Source: Hormiphora californensis
Taxonomy: Eukaryota; Animalia; Ctenophora
Length of the DNA stretch: 64,000 bases
NCBI GenBank assembly: GCA_020137815.1
Contig: CM035356.1
Coordinates: 3,162,001-3,226,000 of the forward strand
Reading direction: 5' to 3'
Below the pieces are notes generated by a model. That model was not told the DNA's origin. It saw nothing but the letters and a program-made list of their open reading frames with translations, and did not search any database. A program made the position numbers and the translations under genes. The first letter of the stretch is position 1, and each line of letters begins with the position of its first letter. Positions 50,510-61,549 of the stretch are shown one piece after another.

Positions 50510-52823
50510 ATGAAGTTAAAGGACTGTGAGTGTGCCCAATACAACAACAAAGTGTGGCAGTAGAAAACATATTGTTCTAGAACAGAAGCTACCACAGTAC
50601 CACCTCTTACCATATTCAATGCTATCTAGTGTCTAGTGGCTGACATTGCATTTTATTTAATAAGGTTCGGTAGATCGCTCATCGCCCGACACCAACCCCA
50701 TTCAATGCTATCTAGTGTCTAGTGGCTGACACCAAATTTTGTTTTATAAAATAAAATTTGGTGTCCCCTATAAATAGGGTTCGGTAGATCGCCCACCACT
50801 AACCATATCTAGTGTCTACAGCCATGTTATTCAGTGATGCCGTGGAGCCTGTTGTGGAATACTTTAGGAGCAATCCACTTCCCTACCAGGGGGAACCCAT
50901 GTTATATGAACCAATGGACGGACTTGACAAACGACGGTATGGAGACAATTCTCTTTGATTTCTCTTTTGGGTATAATTCTCACTCCGTATTTTCAACCCC
51001 TTGCTCCAGTCCCCCATCATCCAATTCATTGTGGGCACAATTAATTTATCACACGCATACTCGTATGGCCGGTTCATCATATTAACGGGTGACAACTAAA
51101 AATCTGGACAATTTTCTGTGAGCTCTAGCGCCGGCCCCGCTTGAGATACAGCTTCAGGCCAGTGATAGAACGATTTTTCAGACAATTTTGAATCAGAATA
51201 ACAAAACGGGAAAAACTAAAAAGTTCATTTTCATTGCGATATCGCATCATTTCCTCTTGACCCACCAAAGCATGTAGTACTTGAAATTTACACACTTTTC
51301 TAGCACCTCTAGCGCCTGCTATTTTGAGATACAGCTTCGGGGCAGCGATAGAATGATTTTCAGACGATTTTGAACGAAATTAATTTTGTTTCACACTCCG
51401 ATAAACTCAATTCTAATCACAGAATCATCTGTAACAAACCCTTCAAAGCGTAGTTTACAGGTAATTTGAGAAATCGCCATTTTGACGATCTCTCGAAACA
51501 TTTATGACTTGGAAAACCAACTTCCTGATAAGCTAAAAGTTGAAACTTGGCAGTTATGTTGGTTATGGCATGAACAACCATTATTTCAAATTTGAGAATT
51601 TTATCTCATCGGGAAGGTCGTTTCTGATCACACAGAAATCTCAAATCTCCGTACACATGCTTTGGTGGGTCAAGAGGAAATGATGCGATAACGCAATGAA
51701 AATGAACTTTTTAGTTTTTTCCGTTGTGTTATTCTGATTCAAAATTGTCTGAAAAATCGTTCTATCACTGGCCTGAAGCTGTATCTCAAGCGGGGCCGGC
51801 GCTAGAGCTCACAGAAAATTGTCCAGATTTTTAGTTGTCACCCGTTATGTATCAATTCATGAAACATAATCTCTCTTTTCACCAGGGAATTCTCCTGAAC
51901 ATATAATCCACACGAAAGATTCACTTGAATAGACGTGGTTGGTATAATGTGTGGTGTTACCTGTCTGGCGCCGCAGACCCCATCTGAGCATTTAAATGTG
52001 TTTTCAAATCGGGGTCTGACGCCGGTCGCCAGCCAATAACACCACATCTCTGCTACAACTTCTTCCCACTACTATGATCATCTCTGCAGGTTGCCGGATG
52101 TTATAGAGGGAGTGAAGGAGCGAGAAGACATGTTCCTGGGAGAGAGGAGGCAAGATAAGAGGGTGAACAGTACAGGGTGGTCAAAGGAACAGGAGCATAC
52201 TGCTGATGTCATGCTGGGTGGGTAATGGATATCAGATTGTAGTAGTTCAAACAAAAGAATTGTAATATTTGTTATTTGTAATCAAAAATCATATTTCTCG
52301 ACGATCAACACCCTAATTTTACCCTGTCTCTAACACCTCCTCTATCCCACTATATACAGGATTAGTACACATGCTTGTTGGGGGTGTTGACGAGGCCCAC
52401 GATCTCGTCCTACCCCACTCCCTCCCCTGTGACACAGAGTGGGGTGGTCCTGCCGTCCTAGATTCAGCCGCCATGGCAACTGCCACCTACACACACGCTC
52501 TAGTACACCGGACAGAGGGAGGTCACGAGGGTGAGCTGGGTATGATTGGTTGGAAGAACGCTCTAACATGGTTCAGTGAGACCCCCACTGAGTGTGTGTT
52601 GTTTGGGAGGTTTGGGAGGGTGGCTGAGAGGGTTAGAGAGGGCTGGAAGTGGGAGAGTGAGGAGGATAGGATGAGGTGTCAAGGTGGAGGGTGGAGGGAG
52701 GTGGTTGGGTTGTTCTCACAGGAAGGTAAGAGTGAGGGAGTAGAGAGGTTTTGTAATGCACTACATAATGCTGAGATGGAGATGGTTTTGGAACATTGTA
52801 ATCGAGTTGTCAACAGTGGCTGA
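50510..52823 (+). CDS. Uncharacterised protein (about 240 aa) with AH...Y.HA..HR.EG...N...WF motif
   Basis: Exons 50510-50525, 50822-50936, 52090-52217 and 52360-52823 join in frame (723 nt) with GT-AG sites. The start exon is uncertain. Confidence 0.7.
51083..51847. mobile_element. 765-bp element with about 190-bp TIRs (probably TA TSD)
   Basis: taacgggtgacaactaaaaatctggac / gtccagatttttagttgtcacccgtta; lies in intron 2 of the 50510-52823 gene. Confidence 0.85.
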
Positions 52824-53327
52824 TGGTAAAGACTATCATATACCCTCAGACCCAGATACCAGACTTTTATGATAGACCCGGACCCACAGAATCTTCAGAG
52901 TTCAGAACAATTTTTTATTTGGTTTTTAGACGAAGTTACATGGTGATATATCCGAGAAAATAATGATAAAAGTGAATTATTATTGGTTTGACCCGACCAA
53001 AACCACAGTTGTTTTCATTTTGTTGTTCTACAGTTGTTAGTTTGTCAAGTATGATAGGTCGGCAGCTAGAACGGCTCCGCCTAGCACTAGCCTCCCTCTC
53101 TCTATCTATCTCGAATTGAGAAGAGCGCGAGGAGCGAGGAGAGAGAGAGAGAAGAGAGAGCGCGAGAGAGAGAGAGGAGCGAGCGCGCGCGGAGCGGACG
53201 CAGCGCGCGCACGCGACAACGCGCAGCGCGCGCGCGGCGCGCTCGCGCGCGCAAGCGGAACGGAAGAGAGAGATAGCGAGACGGATTCGAGGCTCGTCTC
53301 TGCTCTCTGTCGCTCTCTCGTCTCTCC

Positions 53328-53366
<39 letters not shown>

Positions 53367-53402
53367 TCTCACTCTCTCTCTCTCTCTCTCTCTATCCCTG
53401 TA

Positions 53403-54895
53403 TTACTGCTCCATGTTTACTCGACCCAAAATGTTTGTGCATGTGCATATATGTGAGACACATAAATATGTCCACTCTTCCACCATATCCTTCACTGACC
53501 AGCGGAGGCTGATGTGGCGGACATTGCTAGTCGTTGTTCTCTTAGTTAAAGTAACAAACTCTCCCTGTTTGGACTGGAGGAGGAGTTGTTGTTCTCTTAG
53601 TTAAAGTAACAAACTCTCCCTGTTTGGACTGGAGGAGGAGTTGTTGTTCTCTTAGTTAAAGTAACAAACTCTCCCTGTTTGGACTGCTGGAGGAGGAACA
53701 AACCTGGTGCAGGCCAAGTTTTCTATGAGAAAGTTTGTGGGTTTGGGATAATCCTGAGAGAATTATAGATGCACATATATTTACACATGTTTTGTACCCA
53801 TATCCTATAAGACATATTCCCACGGCGGGGCACAATGATTGTTCTCTCAGTAGACGCACACGGAAACACCACTAGACACTGGCCTCCCAGGTCGGGAGAG
53901 AGATTGGCCGCATCTGTAAAGAGATAAGCCAAAACTCTATAAAAAACGTGACCTCCGACCTGTATCAGGCAAAGTCCATATCTCTAGCTATCATCTCTGG
54001 TTTCTGTTACACAGAGTGTGTCCCCCTCCCGGCCCCCTCTTTATCCAATTACCATCTTCTCCCAAATTTGGGAATTGGAATTACATTTCACCGGGCTGGG
54101 AAGTGGCTGTTCCACTTCTTACAAAATTAGTCACTCACTTGCTTGGGACTCGGGGTTGCATACAATACAAATATACTGTAATCTGTTGACTTGGCAGTAT
54201 TCCAAGAGTTCCAAGAGTCATACGAGACACGCGGAGTCACCTGACTGTTGCAAGTGTGTGATAGTGGGGGAGAGAGAGAGGGTGGTGAGAGAGTGAGTGA
54301 GTGAGGGAGAGAGTGAGAGAGTTATTATTTATAGACATTTCCTTTTAAAGTCACACGACTTTAAGGAAATATAAACCGTTTCTTGAGTAGGATCAAAATT
54401 CCTATTTCCTCTCTTATCAGATTACATTTATGTATCTGTTATAACAGATTAGACCACATCGCATCACCATATTAAGAACTTGTGCATAATCAGATCAGAT
54501 CACTGATCAGATCACTTTGAATAATGACGCATTTTATGTTTCTCTCATTGTTTTCACCCTCTCCCAACTACATACACCACTACAATTGAGTTAGCACAGA
54601 ACAACTACAGACAAGACCTGACAGCTGTGCTGCAAACTGTGCAATTCATATTTGTATATGTGTGTGTGTGGGTTTGTTTGTACGCATCTTTCATTTAATT
54701 TTAAAACTCGGTTTTAAATCACCCTTTCTCATATGTTATCAGTAGCACCAGTTGCTCTAGCTCATGTGTATTAATACAGTTGCAAATGAGATAAGAGAAA
54801 GGGCTAGAATTTGTCTCACCATTCTCTTGTTTCACCAATCCATCCAATGTATTGAGAATACAGAAACTGGTGGAAAGTATTGACTAACGATGCAC
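53403..54895 (-). CDS. Possible spliced gene of unknown function
   Basis: Several AG..GT-bounded segments (about 54895-54821, 54240-54139, 53913-53798, 53753-53704, 53527-53403) can be partly joined in frame; no recognisable domain. Confidence 0.25.
53533..53700. repeat. About 55-bp tandem repeat x3
   Basis: gttgttctcttagttaaagtaacaaactctccctgtttggactggaggaggagtt. Confidence 0.85.
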
Positions 54896-56806
54896 CTAGA
54901 AACCGGAGATTTGATTTTCTCAGGGATCTTTCTGCACCCTGGCTTATTTTCTGCGGATAATCCAGATATCGAATTGAGATACTGAGCGCGATCTCCACGC
55001 GACTGAGGTGTAGAGATGTGCGCGCGGCACGCAGAGCGCGCAGCTCCAAGACCGTGCCGAGGAAGCTGTGAAGATGTCCGGAAGGAAGTGAGTCAGGTTG
55101 TGCGTGACTTGACGGCTCACCGGTAAAGCTGATGGTGATATTATGGTCTCATCTAAAAGGGCCATGGGTTCAAGCTGGTATGGTTAATATAATTTCAGAA
55201 TAACCCATCCGTCCGACGTCCGTAATTCTGAATTGAGATAGGATTGGCCCGGCGGCCCGCAGTCGCCGATCGGATAGATCTGGTAGATTGCGCGCGGTCG
55301 CACGTGCAGATGAGTGATGACGGCTGCGATAACGTCCCGCGATCACTCTTTCTTTGTAGTTGTACGATTCGTTGTGTGCGTTGTATCGCAGTTCGTGTGT
55401 GTACGGATATAATTTCATTGTGTTCGTAAAAATATGCGGCTTGCATACTATGGCTTGCGTCACGACTCCTTTAGACAGAGCGGATTAATTGATGGTCATG
55501 TTGGTGCTATACCAAAGGTGCCAGAACTCGAATTGCTTATAAAGCCGAGCCAATACATTTGCAGTATATTTACTCACGCCTGTTTTTCCAAACTCTAGCT
55601 TGAGCTATCTAATCTAAACTAGAAGCAATCATGAAATTGAAATGAACTTGCCAGCCTGAGAGCCTGAGAGGCAGGATCTAAAAAAAGTGAAAGTGGCTTA
55701 GAAGACTCAAGAGTGTCTCTCACCCTCTTTGTTGAGTAGGTTACTCAACATCTTGATCTCTCCCATTTATTTAAATCTCTTTCTCCCTCTTTTCTATTTC
55801 CACTCCTGGCCCTCATCTTATTTTATCTCATTTTATCTACTATATTTTACGTATCTTTCCAAGAAAGACTTTCTTCCACGGCCCTCACAACCTCCCTAGC
55901 AATCTCACAATTACAGATCCGTATCTCCAATTCATCTGTTGAATGACCCCCCCCCCCCCTTGTTGAGTAAGACCCCAAGATTAGAATTATATCTGGAGCA
56001 AATCCGTGTTTTCTCTCTTTCTAATTCATAGCTTAGCCGCAGCTAACAATTCCATGGAACTCTTAATGCAAGATAAGTTTTGCCTCATATGGACTTTCGC
56101 GAGTTTTTCGTGCTTCTGAGCAGCGTGAGAAAAGTTCCAATTATAGTTGTATTTTAATAATATTTTATTTCGAGAAAGTTTCGAGTGCAAACAAACTTGG
56201 GCCAAATGGGTAGCTACCATAGGTTACCCTAGAGAGAAAAATAGCAGATTTTTTATGCTTGATCGTTTACCCGGCAGCATGCATACAGGTGTCAACTGTC
56301 ACCCAGATCATTTTGAACCTCAGTCATTCGTCAAAACTGTCAAGAAAGCGTGACTTAGTATTTAGTAAGGGGGGGGGGGGGCACCACTTAGTACTTAGTA
56401 CCGGTCAAGATGGCATAACTGAACTTGAATAATATATTTGCCATTTGGGTTTCTCTCTGGCTGGCGGAGCCTACCCCGTTTTGATGTGATCTTAGGAGTT
56501 AGGACCCAATCTAGAATCTAGTCATTGTACTGCATTAATCATTATAATGGTTGTAAGCCTTTTTTCATGCCATGTCTGATCTTTATAAGCTGACCACTCT
56601 TATTTATTTTAAAGTTTTTCATTACATCAAAAATTTGAATTGAATAAGAAAAATTAAAATTACTCGTATATTTGTGTTGTTACTCAGTAACTGACCAGCG
56701 TGCCATGCTAAATGTTTTCAAGGTTATTGTTTGTCCATTATACTCCATTTCCAATGTCCAATTATTGTTTGTCCAATATCCAATATCACCATCACGCTGC
56801 AGATCT

Positions 56807-59072
56807 CTAAACAGCGGGGTTCTTAGCGACAGTTCCAGCAGTATCTCCTTTACCATCTCTCCTTGCCTGGACCTCAGCTGCCGTACTGGGAGTGGGTACC
56901 TTGGCCGTGTCAGGCAGTCGGAAGAGAATCAGTGCGGCGGATCCCGATAGAACAGCAAATATGATCAGAGCTCCAATATTGCTCCAGCTGAATAGTAGGG
57001 GTGCCTGAGGGCCCATGAAGGCGCCAATCCTAGCGGCGAAGGAGCAATTTCCCAGAATCTTCCCTCTATGGGATGTGGGTGCCAGCTCCATTGTGTAGAG
57101 GTAGATGGAGCCGAATACAGCGGCTATGGCCATGGATCCGATAAGACAGCTCAGTTGGGTTAGAGTGAACTCTGCACCGAGATTCACATTCGCCATAGCA
57201 ACCAGGAAGGATGCAGCACCGATACCAAAGAAGCACATGTTGGCCCACTTCCTACCCATCTTATCCAACATGGGTACCATGAGAATATAAGCGATCACCT
57301 CGCCCACCGCCGCCATTAGATACCCAATGTATATGTTCGAGCTAAGGCTACTCCAGCTAAAGCTGAACCCGTAATACACGAACCCACTAACAATCCACAG
57401 CCACATTTGGCAGAGAGTTTGTATTGCCAGCTCCTTATACACCCAGAAATCCTTGAGGGACTGGATGAACGTTGGTTGTTCCTCGGGTAGCTGCTCTCGG
57501 TCCGTTAACTCCAAGTCAATGGCATCAAGGGAGGAGTTGTTCAGCTTAGCCAGCCACTTGAGGTTCTCTATCGCTCTCTCCGCGTTGTCCTTGCCCACCA
57601 GGAGGAACCGGGCTGACTCGGGGATGAGGACCAGGGGAATTACAGGAATGATAAACGCGAACCCGGTAATGGCGGAGTTCCATCTCCAGCTGTAGACAGT
57701 GTACCCTATCAGACTAGTTAGGAGATACCCAACAGCCCACATCATGAGAATCCCGCTATTCGCCAAACTCCTCCACCTACCGGCAGTGTACTCTAACATC
57801 AACACATACATGCCCGTGAATCCTACAAAGACACCGACACCCTGGAGGAACCTGCAGACAAACAGGAATATCACGTTAGGGGAGGCGGACACCGCGAACG
57901 TTGCTATGGTGACGATAGCGTAGCCAATGAGTGCTCCATACTTCCGCCCGATCAAATCGTACAGGGTGCCCCCTCCGAGAGTCCCCAGAAACGCCCCACC
58001 GAAGTAGATGGACCCGATTGCCGCCTTCAACCACTCCCTATCACACAACAAATCCCACTCCTGTGTGAAGTAACTTCTACCCTCGAGATCCCAGATAAAA
58101 TCTGTTCCATCCTGGAGTTTTCCTTGCTTCACATCACTCTTCACCACCCCACACATCGTGTCCTTGTTATACTGCGCCTTGTCTGGGCAGTGAACCTTGT
58201 ACCCTGCAGTGAACCCCTGGACAAACTGGACGAACCTGATATAGAAGAAGTAAAGAGGAAGTAAAGAGGAACTGTGAATTAATTTATTGTTTAATTGTTT
58301 TAGCTTACCTGATATTAGCGGTGGAGTTCTCCAGGGCAACGACTGCTTCTCCACCCTCATCCAGGTCAATACTGGTTGTCGTGTTGTCCGTGTAGTGACA
58401 GATCAGGATGTTGTTGTCTCTCCGGGGTGTGGGAAACTCTAATCTGCAGTCTGTGAAAGTGTACTCTAAATCCACCGTAACTGTACACTTTCCAACACAA
58501 TCACTGCCACTGGAGATGGTGAGAGCACCTGCCTTGGTAGTTAGTTCCCCCAGGGCCTTACCCTCCACATCCAACAGTGCCATCTTGTAATCACGGGTAG
58601 CTGGCTCAGCTAGCACCACGGAGCAGTAGCTATCCAAATAGAAGGTATCTCCCGGGGTTCCTGATCCAAATATCGCCGTGTCAGTGAAGTTTTCCAGGCG
58701 GGTGAAGCACTCCTCGCTCTCCCAGGAGCACCGCCACATCGTGTAGGGCAGGTAACCACCAAAATTGGGGAAATATGCGACTAACGCACACACCTGTAGG
58801 AGGATATTGAAGTTGGTTACGAAGTTACCCACTGGGGCACTCGCACCCGGGAGGGATTGGATTCAGGGTATTTGATCAATGATCAATTAGGGCTATTTTT
58901 TATGGGGTTCAGGCTTGTATATTCCCTGTACTGAAAGATACTGGTTACACTTTTACTCATAATAACATACCGCATTGAAGGACATGAGCACTAGCCAGAG
59001 GATGACATAAGAAGGGGACGGTTTCCCTGCTATGGAGTCCACGACCTCCTCAGTCGTCTGTTGACGGACCAT
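56807..59072 (-). CDS. SLC22-family (MFS) organic ion transporter, about 671 aa
   Basis: Exons 59072-58971, 58793-58309 and 58235-56807 are in frame (2016 nt). Motifs EWDLLC, DLIGRK, RFLQG, PESARFL, DKMGRK, YTMELAPT..R, LPDT. Confidence 0.9.
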
Positions 59073-59518
59073 GTCTCAGCTCTGATATATATCAAGAGGG
59101 TGCGGTTTAGATTGGCATTCTACTAGACAGGGGTTGCTAGGCGTAACTAGGGGAACAGTTGTATGTTTGGTCGGAGTGTACGAAAGGAGATGGAGTTAGG
59201 CCTGAATTCTCAGCTCTGATATATCAAGAGTGTGCGGTTTAAAACAATTGTGTGTTTGCAGAAATGATCAAAAAACAAAATGCAATATGGCCTTGCAGGA
59301 GATTTAATGAGGAAAGGAGAAGGGATCGCCACCTCGTTGGATAAATTTCAGCGTATTAATAAGAAACATACTACCTATATAGAGTTACCTGGCTGGCACT
59401 AGTGCCTTGTGGGCAGTGGCACTCTTTTATCTCATTCCTTCTGTCTCTCTGTTCCTCTCTGTCTCTCTCTGTCTCTCTCCCTTTCTCTCTCTCTCTCTCT
59501 CTCTCTCACTCTCTCTCA

Positions 59519-59578
<60 letters not shown>

Positions 59579-61549
59579 TAGCTTCAGGCTCTCCATCGCC
59601 TCTGTGTGCGGCATATCTGTTTCAGGTTTCCTGGAACTCAATACTTTTTATATTACATGAGATAACACCTATCTGGATAAAATGTCTGGCGATATCACTG
59701 CACTGGCAAGTGCCCGGACGCCCGGTGGCATTATGGGGGTCTGGGGGCAAAGCCCACTGGCCATTAACAACGAATAGTTATACCTACACCTTGTCAGGCA
59801 CTGGCCACTGTTTTACACAATTTCAACTCTTCAGAAACATTCGTTCTTGTAAAAAAAGGCTCACAAAGAGGACGGTCAATGGTCATATATGAGACAACCT
59901 AAACCTAAATTTGTTGGGCCGACCCAATATAAATTCAACAGAAGAATATTCAAAAAATGGGAGCTGACTTACCTTCATTCATCCCCTTATCCGTTTGAGC
60001 ATTTGGCAAGACTCCAGCTGGGTCTAATGCACTTTACTTGAGTGCAGGGCAGATAGCACTACAGTTCAGAACCCCACGGTCAGGTGCCTCTTAAGATCCA
60101 GGAGGGCCGTGTGTTATAAGGTCAGAGGCACAGAGCTTTTATATGGATCAGAAATTATAGGATGATATCCAAGTGCAAGTGCAGGGACCAGGGTACGATT
60201 CCTATGTCTAGCAATAAAGTACCATTAGTGCCACTTTCCTCTATTGATGCGTCCCCGGCCGTGACTTCAATAATTACTTGTCCAATACAATTGCATTGCT
60301 GCATGCTCACTTTCCTCGAGCTACCATTTAGTACTATTAACACAGTGACACCCTGCAATACCCTGCAATACTGCCGTTTTGACGTAAAGGACAGGAAGTC
60401 AATTTTTATTAAAATTAAGATATTTGCACCTTATTCTTCAGAATTTCAAGCTCTTTCAGACAAGTTTAGTCTCATACTCAGATCTTGAAAACTGAATTGG
60501 AGCTACACGCATAACAAGCTTTTTTGCTAGTCGTTTCGTAAAGACAGTAAAGACAGTAAGTCAGCAAAATTTCACACAGACGCGTAGAAGACAGTAAGTC
60601 ACACCGAAAATTTTTTAGAAGTCATGACATACTGTGTAATACTTTGCACCGAACCCATGAATAGAACATGTGTAACTAGAACTATGTTCTATGCTTCACT
60701 AATCTACAGTGTAATTTCCCAGGTCTGTCAAATACCACTCATATATATCTGATCCAGAGAGTCATTATGATGCGTAATTTTAAAGGCCGATAATACAGGA
60801 TAATTATTATGGCAGGAAGCTGCAGTAGATATACCTACTGCCAATGTCATTTCTTTGCTATGTTCACTGTCAGAGCATTGGCCTGACAGTGTCTACATAG
60901 TTTGTGGTCTATCTCACCTTTGTGTATTGGCATTTGCATAAGCATTAGCAAGCCTGCCTACTGGCCCGAATACAATTGCTTTTGTCGAGAGCTGGGTAAG
61001 GTAATTATAATAATCGATATTTGTTGTTTTGTAGCTGTCTGGCGGCGCCAGACAGTATTATAGGGAGACGATTATATGTGTGTAGTAATGTGGTTCGTGG
61101 GATTTCTGAACTTTTGATCAAATCAATTGTTTCTAGAGGACCATGTATTTCACGTCTTCAAGTCACAAGTGTACCAGCTGCATCGAGATTCGAGATTACC
61201 GCCGGGACACATTTTTCTTACTGCTGTTGTTGAACTTTTCATGATGGAGTCATACATGACTCCATCATCTTACAGCTTGTCACATGTTAAAAGTGACGGA
61301 AGTGAGAACAACTCTGATCTACTATTTGCAACGAAATAATACAACTCTAGTTTTAGTATTCGGATTAAAAGTACTACAATATATTGAATAATACTTAATA
61401 GCTACTCGAACCAGTCCCGATCCCATCCAAAATTGTTCCTATCTTCTCTTCCCTGCTCCATCATGTCAACTCCCCTTTAAATTATCTTCCCTGCTCAACA
61501 CCTGCTCAACCCCTGCTCAATCCCTGCTTCACATCCTGCCAGTAGCTCC

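Noticed and set aside
53106-53604. Arg/Ala/Glu-rich ORFs and a GC-rich island
   Set aside because: Degenerate GA/GC microsatellite, possibly low-quality sequence.
60800-61340. Possible plus-strand exons between SLC22 and ASNS
   Set aside because: Splice-like signals exist, but no consistent frame or recognisable product.
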